From NCBI GenBank assembly GCA_013265495.1, contig MU058226.1, forward strand, positions 954,741 through 1,018,740: DNA of 64,000 nt, in the 5' to 3' direction. Positions 25,420-38,921 of the stretch are shown here, piece by piece (within the stretch, counting starts at the first letter, position 1; each line of letters begins with the position of its first letter). The notes under the pieces were generated by a model. That model was given only the letters and a program-made list of their open reading frames with translations. It was not told the origin of the DNA and searched no databases. Both the position numbers and the translations under genes were made by a program. The DNA is from Vicugna vicugna (lineage: Eukaryota).

Positions 25420-28400
25420 ATTCTAAATTTTGTTTTGAAAATTGTCTAACACACAGGAAAACTGAAAAAAGGGACAATAAACACCCAAAGACTCAACACA
25501 AGGATTCAACAGATCCTAACATTTTGCCACATTTGCTTTACTAGTCCCTGTCTTATCTATCCATCTATTTGTCTACTTACTTTTTTTTCTCCTGAACTAG
25601 TTGAAAGTGAGTTGCAGGCATCATGACCATTCATCCCTAAGTCATCAATATATATCTTACACAACCACAATATCATGTCTAATGAGTTAATAATTCCTAA
25701 TATTATCTACATAGTCAAGCTTTCCCAAGTTAAATATCTTTTATAGCATTAAATAAACTAACCAAGATCCAGTCAAGTTCCACATACTGCTTTTTGTTGT
25801 CCTTCTCTCTCCCCTTTTGTTTTTAATCCAGAACAATCCAGTCTTTTTTTCTTCATAGAATTGATTCTTTGAAGTGACTAGGCTAGTTGTCTTATAGAAT
25901 ATCCTAACTTCTGAATCTGTCTTATTATTTCTTTGCTGTCATTTAACTTGTTCCTCTAGCCCCTTGTTTTTTTTTTAATTAAAAATTTAGATTCTAGTTT
26001 TCCAATATGGGGACTAATTCTTCAAAAGTGCCATATGCTTCACATTGCTTTACATCAGAATGCATGTAATATGAAGTCACTGAGGCTGAGTGTAATCACT
26101 TGGTTAAGGTGGATACTGTCCGATCTTCCCTGTGAAGGTAAAGTGTTCCCCTTTGCAGTTAGGAAGTCATCTGCATGGTTCTTTGACACTGTGAATGTTC
26201 TCAAAAACTTTCACCTAATAATTGGCATCCGTAGTGATCTTTGCTTGAATAAGTTATTTCATCAGGGGTTACAAATGGTGCTTTTCTATTTTTTCCACTC
26301 CTACATTTATAAGGGAGTATTTATCTAGAAAGGAGCTTTCCCTCATCAACTGGAAAAGTAGGATTCCTTCTAGAAAGCCATGATAAATTCTCAATTATTT
26401 CCATTTAATTACCAGTTCTCACAGTAAGGTGGTAGTATATTAATCTACAACAGTACAAAATTACATTCTTTTTTTCTAAACTATAGATTCAGGGTTTTTA
26501 TCTATTTAGTATTTTACAGTCAGTTACAGTCATTCTTCTTATGTTCAAACTGTACCAAAATGTGTCCAGGAGGAGTCCTTTTAAGCCGACTCCCGTGTCT
26601 TTTTGACATGCTCCCAAAGTTGTCTGTGACCACTTTCTTGCTTCTGGCACAAAAGATGTTCTAGGCTTAGTTTTTACTTCTTTCCCAAGTTCCAGACATG
26701 GAATCAGCCATTTCTCCATTAGGTGCTGGGAGAACTCCATTAGGTATCACTGCTTTAAGATACTTTCAGTGTTCCAATTCAAATTACACATTGTAGTTTT
26801 CTCTGTTAACTTCTTTGATTTTATATTTTATATATTTTATCAGGATAATTGAACATCTTAATAACCTTAACATATTTATCTATTTGCTTTATCCTAAAAT
26901 ATACGTAAAATAGTTTCAAAATTGCAATATTTAATACCGCTACTAACAATAAAATTGCTAAATGAAGTTGAACATTTATTTGCTGTTCTTTTAGTCTTTA
27001 GAATATTTACCATGAGGGATATACAGAATACTGTATGCAAGTCACCTGAGATAATTATTTTCCATAATGTTTACCATAAAATATGCTAAATAAATAGGTT
27101 CATATGCTTTAGTTTTCAATTGTAGACTTTGATTTTTCTTTTTATATTAAAGTTATTTAAAATATGTAAAACATTTACAACTTCAAAAGTAAAAATGAGA
27201 TTTTAAAAAAAGGTATTCAGACAAGTATGTTTATCTTATTTTCACCATCAGTTTCTTCCTTCCCCCTTCAAGTAACCATTCTTAATGGTTTCTGTTTCAT
27301 TCTTCCAGAGTGTCTTTTTACAAAAACAAACACACGTTATAAATATTATTTAATCTTCTTTTTTACATAAAGAGTAGCATTGTACAGACTTCTAAATTTT
27401 TACTTTTATTAATTTTTTCTTAATTTATACAATTTTTAAAGGTTACTTTCCACATAGTTATCACAAAATATTGGCTCTATTACCGGGGTTGTATAATACA
27501 TCCTTGAGCCTATTGTACACCCGGATAGTTTGTACCTCCCACTCCCCCATCCCTACATTGCCCCCCACCACACACTGGTAACCACTAGCCTGTGCTCTAT
27601 ATCTGTGAGTCTGATTCTTTTATGTTATATTCACTAATTGGGGTTTTTTAAAATTCCACATATAAGCAATCTCATACAGTATTTATCCTGTCTGGAGTTT
27701 GCTAAGCACTTGAATTTGTGAAAAACTGCTTTGTGAAATACACTGTTAAGAAAATGAAAGCCAAGCCACAGCCTGGGAGAAAACATTTGCAAAGCACATA
27801 TCTGACAAAGTATTGGTAACCAAAATGTGCAAAAAACTCTTAAAACCCAACGGTAAGAAAACAAACACAATTAAAACATGGGCAAAAAATCTGGACACCT
27901 TACATCTTACCAAAGAAGATATACAGATGGCAAATAAACACATGAAAATATGCTCCACACCATATATCATTAGGTAATTGCAAATTAAAATAGTGAGATA
28001 CCACTACACATCTATTAGAATGGCTGTAATTCAAAATGCTGACAACACCAAATGATGTTGAGGACATGGAACAACACACTTCATTCATTGCTGGTGGGAA
28101 TGCAGAGTGGTACAGCCACTCTGGCAGTGTCATAAAACTGCACATACTCTTATCACATTATCCAGCAATCATACTCCATGGTGTTTAGTGTTTACTCAAG
28201 TAAGAGGGAAATTTCTGTCCACTCAAAATCCTGCACATGAATGTTTACAGCAGCTTTATTCATAATTACCAACTTGGAAGCAACCAAAATGTCCTTCAAT
28301 GGGCAAATGGATAAATAAACTGTGGTACATCCAGACAATGGAATATCATTCAATGACAAAAATAAACGAGTTATCAAGCCGTGAAAAGACATGGAGGAAT

Positions 28401-28880
28401 CTTAAATGCACATTGCCAAGTGAAAGAAGCCAATCTGAAAAAGCTGAATACTGTATGATTCCAACTCTACACCATTCTGGAAAAGGCAAAATTGTTGAGA
28501 CTGCAAAAAGTCAGTGGTTGCCAGGTGTTCAGAAGGGAGAGAGAAATGGATGATATATGCCATATATTTGTTTATGTATATGTTTGTTTTATATATATAT
28601 ACACACATATAATATCATATATACATAATAGAGAGGTAGATATATAGCACTATATATTTGTCAAAACCTGTAGAATATGCAACACCTAGAATGAACCCTA
28701 ATGTAAACTATGGTCTTTGGTTAATAATAATGTACTAATATTGAAATAAATGTACCACACTAATGCAAGATGTTAACAAGAGGGGAAATTAGTGGAAGTG
28801 ATGATGGGGATATGGGAACTCTGCACTTTCTACTCAAACCTAAAATTAGTCTAAGGTTGTAAAGTCTATTAATTTTTAGC
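25420..28880. mobile_element. Cluster of L1 fragments of several ages and both orientations
   Basis: AT-rich old L1 (25420-27400), minus-strand L1 3' end (27400-27690) and plus-strand L1M ORF2 end/3'UTR (27700-28880; ORF 28299 GKWINKLWYIQTMEY). Confidence 0.7.
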
Positions 28881-28889
28881 GAGCGGTGG

Positions 28890-29310
28890 GTAGTCTATGC
28901 TGGACATTCTGCATTTGCCACTATTCAGTGTTTTTCACCCTGCTCTGCCCTGGCAGGGTAACCTTTTTGGATAGCCTGAATGGGCTCCCGGGCACTCTGG
29001 CTTCTGGTTGTTTTCACCCTCTCGGAAACATCAGTTGAATTAGGGATCACAAAAAGAGTGAAGTAGGGATGTTTGTTTCCCAGGATTCCTTCTTGCTCAT
29101 CTGTGGGTTGGCAATATCTTATTCCTCTAACGACGGCTACAGTTCTAGTTGGGTGCTCTCTTCTACAATTACAGAAACTGGAACTGCTCATTCCCCTTGC
29201 CTCTGAAGGCCCTAACTGCTGCTGCTATCCCCCAGATTCTTTACCATGCCCTCTTAGGTTTCTTTAAAGCTGCCCATATCTATGAAAATAATCTCCTTGT
29301 TAAGTTGTAC
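28890..29310 (+). mobile_element. LTR33-like ERVL LTR remnant
   Basis: caccctgctctgccctggcagg...atgggctcccgggcactctggcttctggttg motif. Confidence 0.45.
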
Positions 29311-29319
29311 TCTATTATC

Positions 29320-31415
29320 CTGCACCATTTTATATTCCCACCAGCAGTATGTAAGACTTGTCAATATGTGTTACTTTCTTCTTGGGGGATAGTAGCCATC
29401 TTAATGATTGTGAAGTGGCATCTCATTGTGGTTTTGACTTGCATTTCCCTAATCATTAAAGATGTTAGGCATCTTCTTATGTGCTTATTGGCCATTTGTA
29501 TATCTTCTTTGGAGAAACGTCTATTCAAGTCATTTGCCCATTTTTAATCAAGTTGTTTGCTTTTTTGTTGAGTTTTTGGAGTCCTTTATATGTTCTGAGT
29601 ATTAATTCTTTATCATGTATATGATATCAGATATTCACAAACATTTTCTCCCATTCTATGGGTAGCATTTTTACTCCATTGATAATGTCCTTTGATGCAC
29701 AAAAGTTTTTAAGTTTCATGAAGTCCAATTTTTCTGTGTTTCCTTTTGTTGCCTCTGCCTTTGGTGTCATATCCAAGAAATTGTTGCCAAAGCCAATACT
29801 GTGAAATTTTCCCCCTATGTTTTCTTCTAAGCATTTTATAGTTTTAGCTGTTATGTTTGGGTCTTTGATCCATTTTGGTTTATTTTTGTATATCATGTTA
29901 GGTAAGTTTTCAAGTGCATTTTTTTTTCATGAAGCTATCCACTTTTCTCAGCACTATTCATTGAAAAGATATCCTTTACCCATTGGCTTGTCTTAGCACC
30001 GTTGTCAAAAATGATTTGGCCATACGTGTGAGGGTTTATTTCTGGGCTCTCTATGTGTCTGCCTTTGTGCTTGTGCCACACTATTTTGATTACTGTGGCT
30101 TTGTAATAAGTTTTGAAATCAGGAAGTGTGATTTCTCCACTTTTGTTCTTTTTCAAGATTGTTTTGGCTATTTGGAGTCCCTTGAGATTCCATACGAATT
30201 TGAGGATGGATTTTTCTAGTTCTGCAAAAAATGTCATTGGGATTTTGATAGGGATCACACTGAAGCTGTGGGTTGCACAGGTAGTATTGGGTAGTATTGA
30301 CACCTTTACCGCCTTTGTTTTCTTCTAGAAGTTCTAAGGTTTCAGGTCTTACACACAAGTCTTTAATCCATTTTGAGTTACTTTTAGTGTATAGTATAAG
30401 ATACTGGTCCAGTTTCATTCTTTTGCATGTTACTGTCCAGTTTTCCCAGCACCATTTGTTGAAGAGACTGTCCCCTCCCCCATTGTATATTCTTGACTCC
30501 GTTGTTGTAAATTAATTTACCATATATGTGTGGGTTTATTTCTGGGCTCTCTGTCTGTTCTGTTGATCTACATGTCTGTTTTTATACCAATACCACACTA
30601 TTTTGATTACTATAGCTTTGTAATACAGTCTGAAATCAGGGAGTGTGATGCCTTCAGCTTTGTTCTTCTTTCTCAAGATTGCTTTGGCTATTGGGGTCTT
30701 TTGTGGTTCCACACAAATTTTAGGATTGTTTATTCTATTTCTGTAAAAACTGCCACTGGAATTTTAATAGAGTGTGCACTGAATCTGTAGATCACTTTTG
30801 GGACATTTTAACAATATTAATTCTTTCAATCATGAGCATGGACTATCTTTCTATGTATTTGTGTTTTCTTCAATTTCTTTAACATTTTATAGGTGTCAGT
30901 GTAAAGGTTTTTCACCTCCTTGGTTAAATTTATTCCAAGGTTTTTTATTCTTTTGATGCAATTTTAAATGAGATTAGATTATTGATTTTTATCCTGCAAC
31001 TTTACTGTTTTATGATTAGTTTTAACAGGCTTTTTGTTTGTTTGTTTGTTTTGTGGCGTCTAGGATTTTCTGCATATAATACGATGTCATCTGCAGATAG
31101 TGACGATTCTACTTCTTTTATGATCTGGATGCCTTTATTTCCTTTTCTTGCCTAATTGCTCTGGCTATGATTTCCAACACTATGTTGAATGAAAGTGATG
31201 AGAGTGGGCATCCTTGTTTCATTCCTAATCTTAGAGAAAGAGCTTTCAGCTTTTCATTGTTGAGTATGATGTTTGCTGTGGTCTTGCCATAAATGGTCCT
31301 CATTATGTTGAGGTACATTCCCTCTATACCCACATTACTGAGAGTTTTTATCATAAATGGATGTTGAACTTTGTCAAATGCTTTTTCTGCATCTATTGAG
31401 ATGATCATATGATTT
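29320..31415 (-). mobile_element. Two stacked, disrupted L1 ORF2 fragments including part of the RT domain
   Basis: ORFs [25 protein letters not shown]...QGCPLS (RT) and [23 protein letters not shown]...[14 protein letters not shown]; many stops and frameshifts. Confidence 0.9.
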
Positions 31416-31589
31416 AACAGATAATGATTATTAGATATATGAAAACATCTGTAATCATTTTGACACAGCATTAAGAAAAGATTCAAACAACATGGTTTAA
31501 AACAAATTTGCCCCCTTTTAAAGGCATTCTTCTTTGTGGAAACATTTCTTTGTAACTCCAACTACTTGACTATTTAAAAACGGAAGTTC

Positions 31590-31890
31590 TATTTCTTTTT
31601 TAGAAATTGATGTATAATTAACACATAAGATTATATTAGTTTCAGATACACAACATAATGATTTGACATTTGTATATGTTGGGAAATGATCAGCATTAGT
31701 TTAGTAACATCTGTGACCTTGCTTAGTTATAAAATTTTCTTTCTTGTGATAAGAACTTTTAAGATGTTCTCTCTTAGCAACTTTCAAATATGCAATAGGT
31801 ATTATCAACTATAGTCACTATGTTATACATCATATCCCCAAGACTTATTTTATTACTAAAAGTTTGTACTTTTTGACCTCCTTCATCCCC
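31590..31890 (-). mobile_element. L1 3' end
   Basis: attatattagtttcagatacacaacataatgatt...ttcttgtgataagaacttttaagat...ctcttagcaactttcaaatatgcaata. Confidence 0.7.
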
Positions 31891-33139
31891 GGAAATTCTA
31901 TTTCTAAAATATTTTCTGGGCAGTCTTTGGAATAACACAGTATCATTCCAATTCTTATAAAAATGTAAAAGAGAAGATACCTAAGTTGTCTTTTACATTA
32001 CATACGTATAGTTCATCAAGTTTCTTTGGACATACGTGGCATAATGTTAATGGAACAAAAGTTTAGTTTTTAAAAAAATGTTTAGAGTGTCAAGCACTGG
32101 CTCTGAAGTGTTCAATGTGAACTGCAGCTGGCTTCACATGTCACATCAGGTAGAAATGTACTTTGCAGTCTTTTAGTGTATTTACCAAACAGGAACCTCA
32201 CCCAGTTTGTAGAACTGATACTCCATCTATTCAATGCCCCCCACCCCCCAAATCAACACTTATAATCAACTGTGTTTCATGATATTTAAAATCATTTTTA
32301 AGATTAACAGTGTAAGAGCCAAATAAATATTAATTCATCTTCTCTTCATAATCCCCCTCCGTGGTGGGTAACTATTCTTACAGTTCTCACTAATAATACT
32401 GAGGCACAGTGTGTTGCCAACAGCAACACTTTAAGAGAGGAAGACAACTGAATTAGTTTTTGCCACAGCTCTGCAAACTAACAAAGCTAAAAATCAGCAA
32501 CAAAGAAAAAATAGTACAACTTCAAAAAAAATTCACTGTGTAGATTCCCCTCCTCCCAGACTGTCACTCCTGCCAGCTTCAAAATTATTAGGAGAGTACC
32601 TTTCTGCGTAAGCAGAATACGCTGTTCAGACTGTGGGAAAATCTACAGGTCCGGCGCCCCTTCTGCTGAACATCTAGGGTTTTTTGCAGGGGCACTGCTC
32701 CAAGTCTGGACTCTGGGAGGGCAAGCAAGGTCTGGAGTCCCAACCACCAACAGAGGGCGCAATCAGTGCTCTCCAGAAGACAACAGGTCGGATTTTCGGA
32801 AGCGCCGGGAAGCAATGCCTAAGAGGACCATGAGCCACTTGCAGGGGAGGTATCTGGCACTGGGGAAGCCTCTGGAAGCCCACAGTTGACAATTAGCTGG
32901 CCTCACTGGGGGCGCTTAAGGCCCGATTCCCCCCTTTTTTTTTTCTTGGCACCCCCTTGCTTTGCTTGTCTAGACTGCCAAAGCCTTGAGCCTTGAGTTG
33001 CAAACGCACCTATTCCCTTACCCCACTGTGATCTAGGTTTCCAATGCCAAGGCCACTGTTCTTCACTTCTCATCTCCTTCCCCTGTTCTACAGGATCTCA
33101 AATTCGCCTTTACCCTCTCCTATCCTAGAACGGTCTTTT

Positions 33140-34890
33140 CTGCTCCGGAACAGGCTGGGTCAGGAGCTGCGGGCCAGTCTGCGGCAGCCGGCCCCAGGGT
33201 GCCAAACAGCTGCCTGTACCGCTCTGCACTCACCGCCTCCCGCGACGCAGCTTAGGGACTTTTGAGTTACAGTTCCCGTCGGGTGTGATTCTCCACTCGT
33301 GAACAGTGAGTGTAGCAGGTGCGAGGCACACTAATTGGAGGCCTGGGGGCTGGGATTCCCCGGGAAGGGGTCACTTTTTTCCAAGAGGAGGAGGGGAGAC
33401 CCAGTTTTATGGGGAGGCACTGGATGGAAACCCAGGAAGTCAATTTTAATCCGGGCACAATCTCCCTTGGGACCATTTAATAGGTAAGCTGTACTCAGTA
33501 GGGCAAAGCAAAAATGAATTTGATTTTTTCTTCGTGTAACTATTTTCGAAGTCTTCCTTGCCTGGGCACAGAGCGGTCTGCCCCGCACATTGTTCGTCCA
33601 GGGCAACAAAGCCTCCCGGGCTCAGCTCTTCCGCGGAGCGGCCAGAACTCACTGAGGACCCACGGATGGTCAGATACGGAATAAAACTGCGCCTCCAAGT
33701 CTCCAACTGGGCGCCGGCGTTTCTGTCCCGTCGCCCAGCCACCCTCTGTGGAGTCGAGGAAGGCTTCCCATTCCTTCCTGGAACCCAGTCCTGGTCCCAA
33801 ATTTCCCCATTCTTCACGTCTAATCTCACCTGCCACCCACTCCCACCCCCGTTTTTTGACTACCGTTCGAAGGACGGCCCCTATTTAAGAGTCACAGCCA
33901 GGAGGTGGCAGAGGAAGGGTGGAAGGGGTCGGGCTCCTACTGGGTGAACTAAACTTTTTTTTTCTCTTCTGAACCAAGCTTTGCGGAATCTAAGTTTAAT
34001 GTGTGCGGTCCGTTCTGATCACAGTTGTCGAGGGTACTTATTTTCCATGGCTGGGGACAAGCCCCAGCTCTGAGATCCCGCCCACAGCCTGGACACGGAC
34101 CGCCTCCCTGTCACCTCCACCCCCACCTCCACCACCCCCGCCCCTCGGTGATGGCATCCCCCTCAGGTGAAAGGGGCCTGGACAGAAGCGGCAGAATCCC
34201 AGTCCTTTCAAGTTCACTGTTTTGAAAAGCCGGGAGCCGGGGCCTGTGGCCAGAGGCCCTCCCTCTTGCCTCCTCCGCCGTTACAGCGCTGACATTCCCA
34301 GGGAATTTGGGTGAGCGCTCTCAAAGAGGAGAGTGGTTCTCCAACTCGTTGAATGTAGATTGGGTCCCACAGCACCAGACTGGGCCAGCTCCACCCGAAG
34401 CTATACGGGGAAGGTAGAGCGCGTCGCTAAGCACCGAGGGCCCCACCCGATGATCGCATCCCATCTCGGGCCAACCCCTTCCTTTCGGCTGGGCTTCCGC
34501 GGGCCCCAAGTGCCTCGGCTCTGCCAGTCCGCCTTTGTCAGTCTGGTCTGGCTGAGTTTCAAGGCTTCCCGGATTGGTTAGCCCGGATTTAGAGCCGTAA
34601 TTGAATATCTCGGGGCCCAAGGCCAGGGTTGCTCACGCTGCAGCCTCGCTCCACTGTGGAGAGAAGGGGCGTGAGCCCTGTTTCCTGAGCCCGGGGCCAG
34701 ACATTCGCTGGGAGACCCCTGGGATCCCGAATCAGCCGGAGTCTCGCCCGCTCTTTCCCTACTGCTGGCCGCGGAAACCAAGCAGACAGCTTTAAAATAT
34801 TTGAGGTTTTAGTTTGTGGATGGCTGCAGTTATTCACTGTGACTTGATAAACCCAGAGGTTTCTCCTTGTTCAGGCGCGGGTAAGTTGGA
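33140..34890. promoter_or_regulatory. Orphan CpG-rich island
   Basis: CpG-dense, not attached to any recognisable coding exon; kappaB-like GGGATTCCCC at 33352-33361; ATTGG boxes. Confidence 0.55.
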
Positions 34891-35434
34891 AGAGTATTTA
34901 TAACAACAGCCCTTTTTCTGTCGCACTCCAGTTCCTCCCTCTGGGCTAATCAGCAAAGGTCAGGGTGGGTGGTGCCCTCCGAAGAGTCTGGGCTGGATTG
35001 TCAGAAGCTGCTGGACCAAAAGTTCTGCCACGTGGGAGACAGAAGTGCCCACGTTGAATCTGAACCTGGTACTGTGGATCCTGGTGTCTGGAGTAAGGAA
35101 GGAGAAAGTCGAGGTCCAGAGATTAGGAGAAGAAGGCTCGTGATGAAAACCTGACTGGGCTCAGCCCTCAGCACTCAGGATCTGGTTTCCCAGATCCCAC
35201 GTCTTCCTCTTTTTTGGTATATGCTCTCTTATTCTTGGAGCACATTCCTCTACTTCTCAAAAAGGAGTTCACAGGAAAATTTTAGATGACCTCGTGTCTT
35301 TTTTAAAAACTATTTTACAGGGATGGAATTGGGAGACATGGTCATCCCTCCCCCACTCTGGAACAACTGGGTCATAGGAAGATCTCCATCAAGGAACACA
35401 GATGCCCTTCTCCTGATGCATAAAGAGTCTGAAT

Positions 35435-35578
35435 GGGGGGGGGGAGGGCAGCGGAGGGTATAGTTCAGTTGTAGAGTGCATGCCTAGCATGCATGAGGTC
35501 CTGGGTTCAATCCCCAGTACCTCCATTAAACAAACAAATAAACAGACAAACCTAATTACACACCCTCCTCCATGCCCG
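35435..35578 (+). mobile_element. tRNA-derived SINE (Vic-1-like) with target-site duplication
   Basis: GGAGGGTATAGTTCAGTTGTAGAGTGCATGCCTAGCATGCATGAGGTCCTGGGTTCAATCCCCAGTACCTCC; TSD AAGAGTCTGAAT at 35423-35434 and 35579-35590. Confidence 0.9.
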
Positions 35579-36649
35579 AAGAGTCTGAATAATTCCTACC
35601 CTGATTTCCCAAGGAGACAGCAGAATAATATATGAGCCTAAGTTTTAAGTGTTCTCCCTTATAGATTTACAGCCCAAGTTCACACTACTAGGGTGTTCTG
35701 AATATTATCACACCATGAATTCAGGATAAAGAAGGCCACACTCCAAGAAATCTGGTGAAAGCAAACACAAATCCTCTCTGGAGGAATCTACTCTCATCCA
35801 TGCTTTGAAAATTCAAAAAAATAATTTCATAAGCAAAATGAATACTTAACACTAAAAAAAAACTATGTTCACAAGAGACAAGGAACAGTGAAAGAACAAG
35901 CAGGAAAAACAAATAGCAGAATCCTATAATTCAGAAATTAGAGTAATAAAAATAAGTTATAAAATGGCTTATACCTACTATGAATAACAAATCAAATTTA
36001 AAATATTTTCAGTTGATAAGAAATTGTAAGAATATCCAAAATAATAGAAAGTAAGTATAAATAACATTTTATAAATAAAAGTATACAATTAAAATCTCAA
36101 TGGATTTTTCTAAAAACACAATTTGACACAAACAGATCATTACTAAAGGAAGCTCTGAAGAATGTACATCAGGCAAAAGGAAAGCTTGCAGGAGGAGGGT
36201 ACGAGTTTAAAGTAAAAAACCCCAAGAAATAAGGGTAAATGTGTGCATAAAATTGAATGAAGATTAACTATGGAAAAAATTAAAATGTCTGGTGGGGTTA
36301 AAAAGGATAATATGGGAGGGGATAAGCAAAGTTAATTGACATCTGAACTTTTTTAATCTCTTTATTCCACAATAATATTGGATTTCTTTTATTTATATTC
36401 TGATAAAACATTTAAAAATGAACTTCTCACTCATTATGTTGTCTATTTTTGTTTTGTTCTGTACATTTCAGTATAGGGCATAAGAGAATATTTTATGGAT
36501 CTTTTGGTATTTTTACAGCTTACTGCTGGATTGTTCAGTAACTCGGATGCTCTAAACTTATAAATAATGAATGTACAAATTTAACTGTAGAGCAGTTTTC
36601 CACAATAAGAAGGCCATTCATGGAGTTGGTGGAACCTGCCAGTTTGTCT

Positions 36650-36670
36650 TTCAGCACCGTGGACAGATCT
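36650..36670 (+). promoter_or_regulatory. REST/NRSF RE1-like element
   Basis: TTCAGCACCGTGGACAGATCT versus consensus TTCAGCACCnnGGACAGnGCC; both half-sites and the 2-nt spacer are intact. Confidence 0.6.
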
Positions 36671-37239
36671 ACACGTCTTAGGCATAGGGAGCTGGACTTT
36701 TCTCTCAACTGGATTCAGTGGGATATTAGAGAAGAAAGTTTGAGATAAACCTTCGTGGTCATGAAGTTGTGATTTTAAGCACAGTCATTAATCAAGATCT
36801 CAAATTCTGAATCTCCCCCACTTCCAATAGTTCATTAATCGTGATGCCACTGTAATACAAGAGTCTGGACAGAAAAGGAAGTGAATCATACAGGCAGTAA
36901 GACAACTGAGCCTCTTTTCTGCCAGGCAGCCTACCTATAGTGAGCCTGTAGTGTAACAGCACTTAGGCCAAAGTGAGCACTTCAAGAAGGATGACTGTAC
37001 TCTGCAGAAAGCCCTAGAGAGTTTGAGAGAAATGAAGCAGGAAAGTTACATTTGAAACTAGAGGTCACTGTTGACCCTTGAGAATTGGTAAGAGAGTTGT
37101 AACGAGCAAAGGTGCAGAAGCAGACAGAATTATGGTATGAGCAGAGGAAAGTGAGGAGATTGGTCTGGCAGGAGCATATTCTTAAAGTAGGAGGTAGTCT
37201 GCAAGGAGCCCAGGAATTTACCCTCTCTGGACAGCAGAA

Positions 37240-38045
37240 GACACACAAAAGCCAATAAGTACATGAAAAGATGTTCAACATCATCAGCCATCAGAGAAAC
37301 ATAAATCAAACCCTAACGTGATACCACTCCCCACCCACTGAAAGGGCTATTATAAAAAAGATAATAGCAAGTGTTGGTGAGAATGTGGAGAAATTGGAAC
37401 ACTGCTGGTGGGAATGTAAAATGGTACAGCCCCTTTGGAAAACAGGCTAGCAGTCCCTCAGAAGGTTAAATATGAAGTTACCATATGATCAAGCAATCCC
37501 TCTCCTAGGTATATACCTAGAAGTAAAAACACATGTCCACACAAGAACATTATACCCAAATGTTTATAACAGCATTATTATTCATAGTAGCAAAAAAATG
37601 GAAACAACCCAAATGTTTATCAAATAATAAATGAATAAACAAAATGTAGTATGTCTATATAATGGAATATTATTCAGTCAAAAAAGAAAGAAAAGAAATG
37701 AAATAGTAATCATGCTACAAAAAGGATGAAACTTGAAAACATATTCCTAAGTAAAAGAGGCCAGAACCCAAAGGCCACATATTCCATGATTTAATAATAT
37801 AAAGTACCCAGAATAGGAAATCTGTAGAAATAAAAGATAGGTTGGTAGTTACCTAAGACTGAGGTCTTTGGGGGAAATGGAGAGTGACTGCTTAAGGGTA
37901 TGGGGTTTCTTTTGGGAGGGTGATCAAGTATTCTAGAGTTGATTGTGGTAACGGTGGCACAACTCTGTGAATATGTAAAAACCACTGAATTGTATACTTT
38001 GTGTGAATTGTCGGATAGGTGAATTACATCTGAAGTTGTTAAAAA
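37240..38045 (+). mobile_element. L1MB-type 3' fragment
   Basis: catgaaaagatgttcaacatc...gtgttggtgagaatgtggagaaattggaac...aactctgtgaatatgtaaaaaccactgaattgtatacttt. Confidence 0.8.
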
Positions 38046-38921
38046 TGATTGTTATAAGTAAAATTTGTGGGTTTTTTTCTAAAATAAAAGCTATAAGAGA
38101 AAAATACCCAGTATAGGTGTTTATGTTTGCATGAAAATGGAGAAATTGAAAATATAGGGAGTAGGCTGATAATATTAATTACCTCAATAAAGTGGGAGTG
38201 GGTTTAGTGGTGGAAGAGATTTAAAAATATATTTATACAAATTTGATTGTTTTATTTCCTAGTGTGAGTATACATCATTTTTACAGTAAAATCTAAAAAA
38301 TAAAGTTAATAAACTTGAAAGCATGCCCCAGAAACTCTGCAGCTAAATAAAAACAGTAACAAATAAACAAACAATGAAGAGGTATCTGGAATTTCTTCTT
38401 GGAGAATTGGCTTACTTGTGCGCAAGCCAGGAAGAGTACAATGACAAGAATCAAAGCAGGACTACGGTGTTGGAAGAGAAGGAAAAACTCAAACATGGAG
38501 ACACAAGAGAGGATAAAGATGACAAATCCAAGAACTGAATACAAATCCTGTAAAAAGCTCTTTCAATCAGGAATTGGCTGGGGTCAACGTGAGGGGGAAA
38601 TTACAGACCAGAGCCCAAGAGAACCAGACACTGCGGAAAAGGGGCGGAATCAAATGAGGTGTCTGATGATTTCTTTTTTAATTCCTCCATTGCCCCAGCA
38701 AGATCACTGCCTAATTTATACCTATCACATATTAAGAAATTAGCACCATTTAGAGACTTTGAGATAATAGGAGCAAAATTTTTCAGTTCTTCTTGTATCA
38801 GTGCAGGCTTTTTCAGAAAAAAACAGAACCACTCTGGTATTCCAGGAATAAAAAATTTAACATAGGAATAACAGTTTATACCACTGTTGAAAATCTGGGG
38901 AGCAAACATTAGTGAAGTCAT

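Noticed and set aside
31118..31561. Reverse transcriptase ORF as a novel RT system
   Set aside because: Ordinary truncated L1 ORF2 fragment surrounded by disrupted L1 sequence.
38399..38743. Purine-rich 114-aa ORF as a pseudogene
   Set aside because: No family recognised in any frame; would need BLASTX to reconsider.
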